Assembly: GCA_964106645.2 (NCBI GenBank)
Contig: OZ078259.1
DNA length: 64,000 nucleotides
Direction: 5' to 3' (one strand)
From: Podarcis pityusensis
Lineage: Eukaryota
The notes below the pieces were generated by a model. That model was not told the origin of the DNA. It did not search any database and worked only from the letters and a program-made list of their open reading frames with translations. The number at the start of each line of letters is the position of its first letter. Position 1 is the stretch's first letter. A program made the translations under genes and the position numbers. This document shows, one piece after another, positions 12,772 through 25,417 of this stretch.

Positions 12772-12938
12772 CAGGTGCACCAACTCTAGGGGGCTCAAAG
12801 TGTCTTCAGCCCTCTGAATATTTGTTGGAAGGGTGCCAGACCCTCTCAATGTTGAAGGGGCCTGGTGCATGGCTTCAGTGGCCAGCTCCTCCAGAGCATT
12901 CGGCCTTCTCCAGTCTTGGGGGCAACTTGGCACCTCTG
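12772..12938. mobile_element. hAT MITE nested in a CR1 3' fragment
   Basis: Perfect 8-bp TSD GTGAGAAC (12764-12771 and 12939-12946); CAG...CTG ends. Confidence 0.85.
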
Positions 12939-13015
12939 GTGAGAACAGGATTCTGTACTAGATGGACCACTAGCCTGATCCAGAAGTCATTGTCCATCAG
13001 AGAAGACAATACATG

Positions 13016-13016
<1 letters not shown>

Positions 13017-13056
<40 letters not shown>
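13017..13056. repeat. (ATT)n microsatellite
   Basis: Direct reading. Confidence 0.95.
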
Positions 13057-13057
<1 letters not shown>

Positions 13058-15181
13058 ATGACTTTGTGAGCCAATGTTGTCTTTCAGGTCAAGGCTCAGG
13101 TCATATGCTCCCTGTAGCCACTATTAATTCTGTAATGCAGCTATGGGGGGGGATGTGTGGCCCTCCAGTTGATGCTGGACTACAAGTCCTATCATCCATG
13201 ACCATGAATTGTGCTTGCTGAGGCTGATAGGAGTTGGAGTCCAACAACATCAAGAGGGCCATTGCTTCCCCATTCCTGGTCTGGAATGAACACAAGATGC
13301 AGGGCATGTTTTCAACTGCAACATGAAGAATGGATTTCAAATCTTTGACATTCCTCTTCTGAACATGGGGAGCAAGGACTTTGAAGTTCAACAAAATCTG
13401 GAGGGACACTGATTTCACCAACCTGCTCTAATAAGTCACTCAGGCTATTAAACACTTTTGTCTGTAGGCAAACATATAAAATGTGCCTCCTGGATCAGGC
13501 AAAAAGCTCATCCAGTCCAGCATCCTGTTCTCCCATCTGGAAAGCAGCAAGCAGGACCTAAGCACAAGAGCTCTCTACTCTCCTGTGGTTTCCAGCAACT
13601 GATATTCAGAAGCATGGTTGCCTCTGAACTTGGAAGCAGAGCGAAGCCAATGTGGCTACCAGCCATTACTAACCTTGCCTTCATGAACTTGCCCAATCCT
13701 TTTTTAAAGCCATCCATCTGATGTCCATTACTGCATCCTGTGGCGGTGAGTTCCATAGTTTAACAATGCGCTATGTGAATAAGTCCTTTCCTATATCCAC
13801 CCTTTATGAAAGCATTTTAACATGCTATTTATTGATCTCTGTCATTATGCTTCATGTATATTGCATGTTGTAAGCCACCTTGATATACTTTATTAAAAGT
13901 GCAGATGCTAAATTTTTAAATAAACAAAGAAACAAATAAATAAAAGCCAGGCACATGACGGGCACATGCTTTTGTGTGCAAGGCAGCACTTGTTGTGAGG
14001 CCCTAATCTTCTCCTTTATTGATAGGGATCTGACAACACAGGTGTGAAAGAAGGTGTCAGATCCAGCACGTATCACTGAAGTAATCAGATGAACCATAAG
14101 TCATACCTTGACAATCAGGCAGCCGCTGGCTCGGCTGGTGACCATGGAGCCAAGTTAGCCCAGGCTTACTGAGTCTCATTGGTTCAGCACTGCGGATATC
14201 AAAGGGCCGAGCACTGGTGTCTGGCTTCTCAATATGTGCAGGGGAATGATAATCATTACCTGACTTGTACAGACACATAACCTAGAGGAATGGGAGAGGA
14301 GGGTGTATTGCATGCACACATCATGTTCCTCATGGTAATTACCCATGAATGCTGGGAACCTCTTCTTTTGGGAATCAAGGCTCTTGGATGATGCCCAGGT
14401 GTTGATCCTGCTTGCCCTAGAGGAAAAAGCAAACCCAGGTTGGGGGTTTGTACATTGGCATAAGCATGTGGCAACAGTGTGCTCTGGTTGCTGCACTGTG
14501 GCATTCTGGCAAGATTGCACACGCCAGTGGGCAGAGAGCAAATTAAGTGTGCAAAAGTGTGGAAACCAGGCTGAAGTTTCAGGCTGAATCGTGCATGCAT
14601 TCGAATCTGTAGAAGAGCTTTGGTCAGTTTTGCCAGGGATTTTTACAGGCCAGAGATGGGGGAACCTCAAACCTTGAGGACAAATGAGGGCTTGCTATTT
14701 GGCTTTTGGGACTCTCTCCAGGCCAAACCCCATCCCCCTGACAACACCCTCACTGAGTGCTTTCGCCTGGCTGCAATATGGCCTTGAACTGTGATGATGC
14801 GTCTGGTCGCCTGGAGTTGTGTGTGTGTCACAAACAAAACACCTCTGATTTTTGCATGGCTGGAATTGGAACGTAAGCACCTGCCTTATACTGAGGCAGA
14901 CTCATGGATCAATGTAGCTTAATATTGTTTACTCTGACTGGTATTTTAGGAAGAGGTCTTTCTCAGCTCTATCTGGAAACACCAGGGGTGTAACCTGGGA
15001 CCTTTTGCATGCTATGTCCCTTTGTAATAGTCCCATCCATTTCTTCCACTTACTTTCGTATCTAGTCCCATCCAGTATTGGTATCTGTTCCTCATGGGGT
15101 TGCCCACAAGGGAATGTGGCCCTTGGGCTGTAAAGGTTCCCCATTCCTGTCAGAGACCATCAAAGAAAGACCTTTTCATAA

Positions 15182-15509
15182 TAGGGTTGCGATACGCCTG
15201 GGGAAACCCAGATATGTCCTCTCTTGGGGGGCCAACATGCCCATCTGGATGGATTTTTTCATTTTTAATGGAAATGTCTGGGGTTTTCTTTGCTTGGGCT
15301 GCTCTGCATGCTGCAGGTGCTGCCAGCCTGAGCCTGGGAAAGAGGCATGTGGGCATTGCTGCAGGTGCTCTGCATACCATGGCTGCTGCCAGCCTGAGCT
15401 GGGGAAAGAGGCATGTGGGCGCAGCAGCAGCACCCGTGACCACACACTTCTTTCCCTAGCTTGGGCTGGCAGTGGCTCAGGTTGTCCTCTTCAAGATATG
15501 GCAACCCTA
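15182..15509. mobile_element. hAT-type MITE with internal ~55-bp tandem repeat
   Basis: TIR TAGGGTTGC(G)ATA / TATGGCAACCCTA; 8-bp TSD TTT(C/T)ATAA; internal GCTGCCAGCCTGAGC..AAAGAGGCATGTGGGC twice. Confidence 0.82.
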
Positions 15510-15567
15510 TTTTATAATAATACAAAGGGAATACCAGATGAAGCTTTAGGAGCCAGTGCATTCTAAG

Positions 15568-15696
15568 TAGGGCTTTTTCCCAGCTGGAACTCACTGGAAC
15601 TCAGTTCCAGCACCTCTCACGTGGGTGCCATTGCCATTCAAAGAGAATGAGGGAGGTGTGAGTTCTGGCACTTCTTTTTATAGAAAAATAGCACTG
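15568..15696. mobile_element. hAT MITE of the CAGTGC-terminus family
   Basis: Ends ...agaaaaatagcactg; shares the gttccagcacc subterminal motif with 39024-39161 and 60614-61262. Confidence 0.7.
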
Positions 15697-16593
15697 ATTA
15701 TCTCTGTTTTCAGGTGTAGAATGTAGTCTTCAACACACGCTGCAAATTGTTTCACTAAAGAACAAGTTACTTTTTCAAAAGGCTGTAAAAACATGTGAAC
15801 CATACTAGGAAAATGCTCAGAAGGCAGGACATTCTAAATCAAGATGTCGCACCTTTTTGGCTCCTACTCTGGCAGGTCAAATTTGACAAGTGGACACAAC
15901 TGCCCAGCTAGGCACTTGATGCTACAATGACTTCACATTGCCAATGCATATTAGGATCTCACTTTAAGGCTCACAAAGGTGCATTGGCAAACATGTTTCT
16001 ACCTGCCCTGCAGCTGAAGCAGATGGGGGTGTGGTTTGGGGATAATGGTCTCATGGGCCCAATTTGAACCCCCTCACAGGCCAGATTTGGCCCAGAGGCT
16101 GAATATTTTCTCACACGTGGTCAAAATAAATCTATCTGCATTCTGAAATAGTACTGCACATGCAAAATTGGTCTCAGTACATTGTATGATGTGCTGAAAG
16201 CCTTCGCTTTTTTTTATTACAAAGAAGAGCCCTTTGTCCTTAATGCTGTGAAGATTGGCCTGAAGGTATATGAGTTGTGCTAGGTAAAACTTATGAAGAC
16301 AGAGCATCCTAAGTTAGGTTTGGTACCTGGCACAGAATTCAATATGCAGAGGACCTTAGTTATTCATTACAACTGCCAACTAGATCTCTGGGCATGAAAA
16401 GGGGCTTGGGAGCATGCAAACAATCCAAGGAGAGATCAGATATGAGCGAAGAAGTGGGGGAAGTTTGAAAGGTATTTCTAGTAGTCAGCTGGGGAGACCT
16501 CACCCTGCACCCTCCCACCCAATGAACAGAGCTAATAATGCAAAATAGATGCCTTTTCAGTTGCATAATTTATACAGACCTAATTTTAATTCT

Positions 16594-16907
16594 TAAGGAA
16601 ATTCCATTCTTAAGGAAATCAGCCCTGAGTGCTCACTGGAAGGACAGATTGTGAAGCTGAGGCTCCAATACTTTGGCCACCTCATGAGAAGAGAAGACTC
16701 CCTGGAAAAGACCCTGATATTGGGAAAGATGGAGGGCACAAGGAGAAGGGGACGACAGAGGATGAGATGGTTGGGCAGTGTTCTCGAAGCTACCAGCCTG
16801 AGTTTGACCAAACTGCGGGAGGCAGTGGAAGACAGGAGTGCCTGCCGTGCTCTGGTCCATGGGGTCACGAAGAGTCGGACACGACTAAACGACTAAACAA
16901 CAACAAC
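16594..16907 (+). mobile_element. Bov-B (RTE) LINE 3' fragment
   Basis: KLRLQYFGHLMRREDSLEKTLILGKMEG...VTKSRTRLND*, (ACA)n tail, 12-bp TSD AATTTTAATTCT (16582-16593 and 16908-16919). Confidence 0.95.
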
Positions 16908-18929
16908 AATTTTAATTCTCCTTCATCCAGCTCATCCCTGACTACAATGCTATTTATTTAGTACATCGATATCCCGTCTTAGCTCTGTCATGGAGCTTAA
17001 GATGGAGAGAGAAACAGTTCACATTTAAAAGCATACCTAATATGCGCTTTATGAAACCAGTTTTGAATCAAAAGATGGCTGTCTTTTTTGAAATTTGCCT
17101 TCTCTGAAATTTGCAGTGCAGTTCTCCAGGCAAGTAATGTGTTCCAAAATGTACATGCTATGGTCAAGCGTGCATAAAAAACGTGCTGATTGATGCACTT
17201 AACATAGACTTATGCATTACATTAGGGAAAATGGTTTAGCAAAAATAGTGTATTGCATGCAAAAATGGTATATATTCAGATATTATTTGCAGCAAAATGA
17301 TGACTTTTTAAAATAAAAAAATTCCAAGCTGAGGTGGGAATGTGGAGAACTGAATTGAAGAATGGTAAAATGGAGAAAAACTGAAATTAACATTTCCATG
17401 CAGCCCTACATGAAATTCATGTAGATTTCCAACTGGTCTCTCATATGTCCAGGCACTGGGCAGACCCAGGCCAACTTAATTGCAGCAAATATGTCATTCA
17501 CACATGTTCCCAGGACAAGTAAGGCTTGTGTGTTTTCTGCTCAGCACAATCCATGCCAAATCTTGAAGAATGCAGTTTTGCAAACAGGGAGAATGGAGAA
17601 ATGTGATTCAGTTCACATTTAAAGGTGACCCAACTTTGTTTGCACTTTCCAGAATGAGACACTAACTGCAGCATAGCCATATTTCAAAATTTGCCTTGCT
17701 CCAAATGTAGCAATGCAGTTCTCAAGCCAAGGATCATGTACAAAGAAACATACAGACGTGTACAGAAACGTCTGTATTTGGGTAAAGTGTGTATAAGTTG
17801 TTTTAAACTATTTTTAATATTATATTTTAATGTAGTAACCTATCCTGGGACCTTAGGGTGAGGAATTTAAAATAATAATAATATGCATGAGATTAGGGGA
17901 AAGCACTGTGGGGGGGGGGAATTGTATATTAGGAATTAATAGATTAATTTTCAAGAAGACTGTTTCTTTTTGTAAACTGATATGGAAAAGCGAACTGACC
18001 TTAAGATTGGGGAAATGTACTGAAATTGTCAGATTTCACCATCCCTAGTTGCAAATTTACACTGGGCTCACATGCCTTTATATTAAGCTTGTGGGTGATG
18101 GGGTATACCTAGCTCCCTTTCAGACCTCTCACTCATGAAGATAGGGATTAAACAGACAATCAGGCTCACTGATCAAGTCTCTCCCTCACCCCCCCCTTTC
18201 ATTTCAGTGGGTCTAGCTTTGTTTTGTTTTTTGCTTAACCTTCCAGATGAACAAAATTGATTTTTCATCGTTATTTGGGGTGACAGCCCTTTTTGCCTCA
18301 GGCTGGTGTCCCTCTGAGCAGCAGCCTGGCTGATAAAAGGGGTGGAGGAAAATGAGTGGGCATCCTAGGAATTAAGATAAGGCACTAGCAATTAAGACAG
18401 ATCTTCTGAAAGGGTGATTCGACTCTGCATTCAAGGATAATCTGATTTCCCAAGATGCTCCCAGTGAAGAAGGGGAATAGAATACTCAGGTGCACCACCT
18501 TAGCCAGGGTATTTTTCCTCATCTCCAGACATTTTCTCCCATGTGTTTTGCTTTCAAACTACCCGTCCGTTTGTGCAGTACAGCTGTAGGGTGTGAATCA
18601 GTCTTCATTCCTAGCAAGTTGACACCGAAGAAATAAACACAACACCAACAACAGGATGCTGCTGATTAATCATTGTTGGAGCTCAGTCTCATTTATGTCT
18701 TCTCCTTCCCCTTTTTTCATACCACTAAGGTTGCCAACTGACCCAAGAAATAACCATCCTGGCCTGGTCTTGTGCCTTTCACAGAAACTAGTGGTGCTTC
18801 TCATGATGTGGAGAATGGATCCATGATCGCCTCCTATGGCACGATATGATAAAGTCAATAAATATATCATGCTTGTTGATCAATACACAGGAGCAGAGGT
18901 CTGTCATCCAGGTGGCAGCCTTGACATCA

Positions 18930-19205
18930 ATTGAGCTGGGTATGTTTAGCCTGGAGATGTCTGAGAGGTGATATGACAGCCATCTTCAAATATCTGAGAA
19001 GCTGCTACACAGGTGATGAAGCAAGCTTGTTTTCTGCTGCTTCAGATACCAATGGAATCAAATTACAAGAATGGAGATTCTGACTAAAAGTTAGGAAAAG
19101 GTTGGATGGTCACATGATAGAGGTCCGTCGGCTGTGATTCGTGAATTGCAGGGGTTTGGACAAGATGACACTTGAGGTCCTTTCCAACTCTACAGTTCCA
19201 TAAGT
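18930..19205 (+). mobile_element. CR1 LINE 3' fragment
   Basis: gagctgggtatgtttagcctggag...gtcctttccaactctacagttccat. Confidence 0.8.
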
Positions 19206-20127
19206 CCTTCAAGGTTCTCAATTGACCACCAAAAATGAGGTTCAGGCTCCCTGAGGCTCCCCAGATTTTGCACTATTGGCCTAATCTCAGCTTCTCCAAC
19301 TATCTGCCCAAACAATTTGAGGATTCTACCTTCCACCAAGTCAGTAGTCTGGGGAGAGGGCTGTGTGTCAGGAGCTGCCTGGTTCTCCTGACCTGGATTC
19401 CAGTTGCTTTGTTCCTGGGTCTGAATGGGGTGGGGAGTGCTTCCCAGAGAGAGTATGTTTACTGACACAGGGCTGATGCTCAGCCGCCATTTCTGATATT
19501 TTGAATCATAATGCCTTTGTATTAACTGTGTGATGAATTAGGTTTTTCAAAGCCTTATTTATAGGTTGTTGGGCTTTTGATCTGATTGTTTGCTAATTTG
19601 CAATGCTTTTGCTATTCTTGCGTGCTGCTTTGAGCTCAGCATTATTGCTGGGAAAGCAGAATGCAAATATTACTGTAAATCAAATCTAGAGCAAGGCAGC
19701 CAAAACTGCCGCTGACATGGACTATAAATGTGAAGAGCTGTTAAGCTGAATAACTTGTGCTTGAGCATGCCTTTTTCCCTCCTCCCTCTTATTCCTCATG
19801 TCAGGCCTTTCTAGATTCTCAGCCTTAGGACTAGAATCATGGATTTCTGTAAGTTTCTCTGTGAGATTACTCCATCCAAAGGCTAAGGTATAAATTCTGT
19901 CTGTAAACCTTGTTCTGGGCTCAGATCAGCTTGGGACACCTTTGCCTGGGGTGTGTAGCCTAGATGAGCTGCAATAGAGGGTATAGTTCTGCCCACATCA
20001 TAGGGATACAAGCATTTATAAGGCTCCTCCCCCCCCAAGTTTGGGGCCATTTGACCGCACAAGCTTCTGCTCACGCACCTTCAAATTAGAGCCTTTACCA
20101 TGAAATGTGGGTCACTGGTTGAAAATA

Positions 20128-20353
20128 CAGTGGTACCTCTGGTTATGAACTTAATTTGTTCCGGAGGTCCGCTCTTAACCTGAAACTGTTCTTAACTTGA
20201 GGTACCACTTTAACTAATAGGGCCTCCCGCTGCCGTCGCGCCACTGGTCTGCGATTTCTGTTCTCATCCTGAGGTAAAGTTCTTAAACCGAGGTACTACT
20301 TCCGGGTCAGCGGAGTCTGTAACCTGAAGTGTTTGTAACCTGAGGTACCACTG
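20128..20353 (-). mobile_element. Tigger/mariner-type MITE
   Basis: CAGTGGTACCTC TIRs, TA TSD; reverse orientation relative to 6240-6483. Confidence 0.9.
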
Positions 20354-20947
20354 TACCAGAAAGGATATTTTTCCTCCTCACCTGATTTGCAGTTGGTTGG
20401 AGTCCCCCCCCCCCCCGACCTTTCCTATAGTGAAAATTATGACTTTCTGTTGTTAGGCAAAAGAATGTTGTCTTTGTATACTGGTCAAAATGGCACTGAG
20501 CAGGATCAACATGGTAAAGAAGGGCTCCCCATAAGGGACCTGAGGAGGGGGGGAATTGACCATGGCACCCTCAAGCTCAGGTTGGTCTCTGCCAGGCTGG
20601 CATCCTCACCCCAGTCACCCAGCAAGAATTTGCCAGCTTGATTTGTAATATGATGAAGTTCATCTCTGGCCAACCCCAGCAGATCCCATTCCACCAGCAC
20701 TGGGTGAGTGGAACAATGAATTGTTCCTGGCCCTACTGCCATGCCAACCATTACCCTCCCTGCTGCCTGTTATTTTACATTCAAATACCTGGTGCTCTAT
20801 ATGCCTACCATAAGCAAGTAAAAGCCCTCTAAGCCATCTCAACTCATATGAGCATGTACCTGGTCAAACAACCTGTTGCTTTAAACATGCACCCAAATCA
20901 GCAGGTAAAAATGGTCATGGCAGGTAGGTAAATTTGATCATCTACTA

Positions 20948-21191
20948 CAGGGGTCAGCAAACTTTTTCAGTGGTCCACTGCCCCTCAGACCTTGTGGGGG
21001 GCTGGACTATATTTTTTTGGGGGGGGGGAGAATGAATTCCTATGCCCCACAAATAACCCAGAGATGCATTTTAAATAAAAGGACACATTCTATGCATGTA
21101 AAAACACGCTGATTCCTGGACCGTCCACAGGCCAGATTGAGAAGGCAATTGGGCTGGATCTGGCCCCCAGGCCTTAGCTTGCCTACCCATG
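20948..21191 (+). mobile_element. hAT (Charlie-like) MITE
   Basis: Ends CAGGGGTCAGCAAACT / ...TTGCCTACCCATG; perfect 8-bp TSD ATCTACTA. Sister copy at 52895-53134. Confidence 0.92.
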
Positions 21192-21883
21192 ATCTACTAG
21201 CTACTTTGACTCAAACTGGTGGTAAAGGAATAAGAGCTGGCATTGGGGTGGGAAGGGGTTTAGGGGGGAGCTGACAACTTCAGATGGGGAAAAAACCCAA
21301 GATCCTTCAAAATTTGCTCTTCCCAAAATTTTGCAATAATGTGTACCAAAAAAGTGCATATACTTGTGTAAATAAATCCATATATTTGTGAAAATAATAT
21401 ACCAAATGCATTATATTAGGGGGAATGGCTTTGCATATTAGGGGAAATTGCATACAAAAAACTGCAAACTAGGAGAAAATCACACTGAAATGCTGATGAA
21501 ATTTCCTGAAGACTTTAATTTTTTATTTTTCGCAAACTGATGTGGCAGTGTGGAGAACAAAGGCGAGGGAAATGAGAATCTGAAATCAACAAGTTTACTC
21601 ATTCATAGAGAAAACCTTAAATATAATATTTAAGAAGGATTTTTGTAGAACTTAGTGCCCCAATGGTTCAAATTCTACATGGAGGTTGGGGGGATGAGCC
21701 AACCTACACCCACTTACCTGCTTTGACTGGCCTACTGCTCTGTAAGGACTCGTGCAGATCCATAGCCCAAGCTGGAGTCCATTGTCACTAGAGATGTCAG
21801 GAATTGAACACAGAACTTCCTGCACACCAGTGAGTGATAGGTGTCTTTTTCATTGTGAAATGCAGTGAGTGGGTGGAGGGGAA

Positions 21884-21934
21884 TTCACTCCAAAAGCAAC
21901 ATCCCATTTCATTTACAGGTAGCTTTTATTTACA
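21884..21934 (-). terminator. Candidate distal polyadenylation signal
   Basis: Minus-strand AATAAA at 21925-21930, followed ~25 nt later by GGGATGTTGCTTTTGGAGTG (GU/U-rich downstream element). Confidence 0.55.
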
Positions 21935-23635
21935 AATATACTGAAGTGTTTCGTTCTCTTTCTCTTTTGTAGGAAAAACAAACACAAGGTCTAGTAATCA
22001 CATCATTTAACTGCCAGTTGACAGCGGCAGAGATGGGGGCGGAGTGTGAAAGTTGGAAGGGGGGGGGGACCAAAAAACCAAAATGAAGCCCAACAAAAAC
22101 ACTAATAAATAATTTAAGAAAGGGTAAGTCATTAAATAAAAAACAAAATGTCCAATCTGCAACCTTGATGTTGGTGGGAGAGAACCAACAGAGCTCGGAA
22201 GGGGTGCGGGTGGGGTTAGGAACTATGCCTGAAAGGGGAAATGGCCTAGGGATGGGAGACCATATTAAGAATCATTAGCATCAGCATCATTATCTTACAA
22301 GTTAAACAAACTGGAACAGCTACAAAATACTACATTTTGGTAACATAAATACAGAATATATAAATATACAAGTAATGCAGCCATATGAGCTAAAGAAAAT
22401 GTGTGGTGATGGTGGGGAGGTGTGTCCCCCCCCTTTTTTCTAAATTATCATTTATGATTCAAAGGTTGCTGTTCAAACTATTGATGAAAGGTGGAAACCC
22501 AGTTGGATCTCTGAGCTTGGTGACGTCATGGCCTGTCAAGGTTTCTCAGCAAATGCTTTCATTCTGTTAAAATCATAGAATCCTTGCAGAGATGCAAGAA
22601 ACCCCCAGGGTTGTCTAATCCAGCCCCCATGCAATGGAGAACCACAGCCAAAGTCCAGCAGAAAGGTGAGACTACTAGAGTCCAGCCTAAACTGTTTTGG
22701 TGCTTCTCCCATCCTGTTAATTCATATGGGTTCTACATAAGCTCCATTGAAATGAAGGGGAGCTGCACAGGAGCATGCACACACGTGTCCATTCATTTCA
22801 ATGGGACTTCTGTAGAAGAAAGCTTTAGGTGAATAATGTCCATGGATCAGAGTTGTCTGATGCCTTTAATAGCACCTAGGCAACTGCCTGACTTTGAACC
22901 ATTTCTGGTTCAACAAAGCAACTTCTATACAGGAATATCTCTGACAGTCCTCTTGTTTAAATTCATCCATGGATTTTTGGAGTTCTGGGATTCCCTGATC
23001 CTATTTCTAAAATGGAATGGATGCATTAGGAAACCTCCACTGATTCCTGTTTTCTTTTTGTTTCTGAATTTTGTACTTTGCATAAACCTGTTTCTGCAGC
23101 TTTCTAGGTCTTTCATCACCTTTCCCCATTCCCATACTTCCAAATTACATATTCACACTGATAAAACACTGCAAAAAAAGCGCAATCTTTTGTGATTCTA
23201 TACATGGATGCATCAAGGTGATTTTTGCGCAGTTTTACTTCTGTGCATTGATAAAAGATTGCAAAAATAGTAGAGACTGAGATGTGACTGTATGTATGCT
23301 TATATTCAGATCCTTTTCATGTAGTGTTTTACCAGTGCTCCATATTAGAGGGCTACATATACACAGTGATAAAACACTGCAAAACAAAAACACCCAACAC
23401 TTATCAAATAAAACATGCAATCAAATCCAGGTTGCTTTTTTGTATTTTTATCAATGCATACATGTGCATTGTGACATGGGCAGCGGAGACAGTGGTGCAG
23501 GACTTTCTGGCAGAATCCTATGGATCCACTCAGCAGGATGAACAGGAGGGTCCCCAGGGCTGGCTTACCACATTTTGAAATGTGTGAAGTCATGCACATT
23601 GCAGTCTAGAAGGATGCTCCTTGTAAGACCATTAA

Positions 23636-23800
23636 GGTTGCATCTACCCCATGCATTTAAAGCATGTTTATAGCACATGGCTTACCCTTAAGAATCCTGG
23701 GAATGATGAGTTTGTTAACAGTGCTGGGAATTGTACTTCTTTGAGGGGTAAACTACAATTCCCATTTAGGGGGCATGTAGTTTATTGGGTGGGTGTCACC
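23636..23800. mobile_element. Palindromic non-autonomous element (aagaatcctgggaa...gtgctgggaattgtag...ggtaaactac family)
   Basis: Recurs at about 29165-29449, 34550-34920, 42500-42666 and 63078-63352. Confidence 0.7.
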
Positions 23801-24166
23801 TATGTCCAGAGGTTAAAATTACCCTAACTCTCCCACTGAAGAAAAAGAAGCAAATTAACTGGACACAGCAGTAGAATGCACATTCTAATTCAGGATATAT
23901 AATTCTGAGTTAAGGCAGAATTTGGCTGAAGGAAGAACAACACAAACCCACAGAATGATAAAGGAACCAGGGGTTGCAGATGAGGGAGAGCTTTCTCTCT
24001 CTCTCCTATTTCTGAAGGTGGATACATTTTGGGAAGCAGTTATGTATATATTGAAATAAAGGTCTCCAAAGGCTAATAAGGGGCTCCACACACCTAGTCT
24101 TTAAACAAATTCTTGGAGACTGAAGACTATGTCAGGGTGGTGGTCTCAGAGAGACACATAGTACAT

Positions 24167-24217
24167 CATTCTATTCTATTCTATTCTATTCTATTCTATT
24201 CTATTCTATTCTATTCT
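24167..24217. repeat. (ATTCT)n pentanucleotide repeat
   Basis: Direct reading, about 10 units. Confidence 0.95.
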
Positions 24218-25294
24218 TTACATTGCTTCTTTGTGCTTCAGGGAGGGGGAACTTCAAATGGTGGAGCTTACCCCTGGAAAAAGAAAAAAAAAAAAAAGGA
24301 GAAAGAGAGAAGATATTTGTTTGTTGGGATTGAAAACGTGAGGGTTGGGTGTAGAGAACCCCAAGAGATTACAACATCTAGGAACTCTTGGAAGGTTCAT
24401 GAGGTGGTTTCAGTGCCTGAATGCCTTCTGACCTGCCACTATCCTCCTCTTTGACTGCTCAGATTTTCTGCTTGGAGAGGGATCCCTTTTGGTCTTAGCC
24501 CATGAACCAACCAGAGCTCCCTGCTATTATGGCAATGCTCAAAAATAAAAAGACACCTTGCCTTGCCGCAACAATGACAAACAAAGTCTGCATCACAAAA
24601 AAACATTTTAGGCTGGTCAGGTGTCCTAATCCACAGAGGACATATATCCATTTGCAGTGGCTCCCTGTTTGTGGAATGTTCTCCCCAGGGAGGCTTGCCT
24701 AGTACCCTCATTATACATATTTAGGTGCCAGACAATAATGCTCCTCTTCAACCAGGTCTTTGGATGATTAATATTCTATGTCTTTTTTAATGTGTTTGTG
24801 GGATGTGTTTGTTTGCTTTATTTTTGTTCTTGCTTTTATTATATATTTTGTCTTTTTATGCTGTGAGCCACCCTGAGAACTTCAGATGAAGAGCAGTATA
24901 AAGATTTAATCAATCATCATCATCATCATATTTAAAGGTTTCCTTTATTTGGAGGGATTCTCTGTCTAAATCTGAGATGAAGTGCCATCAGATGGGAGAG
25001 CATCAGGGGCCCATCAACAATGAACACCTAGACAGCTGACCAAGCAAGCACACAGATCACCTGGTCACAGTTTCCCCTGCTAGGGCGAGAGGTACCACAT
25101 TTCCATTTAAATTATAGCCCTTGTTTCTAAATTTGATTTATGCATATAAATTATGCCTATACAAATACTATGCAAATAGGTATCCTTTTTTATCCTTTTG
25201 AGGTGTGTGTGATTCCTCTTTTTTGGAAATACATAAAGGGACACTTTATTTGCCCTGCGTCCTCATTTTACAAGTTTTCCATCTCTAACCATGG

Positions 25295-25417
25295 GTTGTA
25301 CACCAAACTAATTTCTACTCAAGTAGAGTAGAGCTATAGAAATTAATAAACCTAAATTAGTCATGCCCATTAACTTCAATGGATCTACTCTATGTAGGAC
25401 TAGCATTGGATATAATA
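25295..25417. mobile_element. Palindromic hairpin element (gttgtatccaa...cagagtagaccc...gggtctactctg...ttggatacaac family)
   Basis: Recurs at about 8478-8560, 10842-10915, 33640-33720, 41725-41840, 48015-48283, 61590-61680 and 63222-63335. Confidence 0.7.

Noticed and set aside
15078-15566. Cys-rich 162-aa ORF resembling a keratin-associated or metallothionein protein
   Set aside because: The Cys repeats come from the tandem unit inside a TIR- and TSD-bounded MITE.
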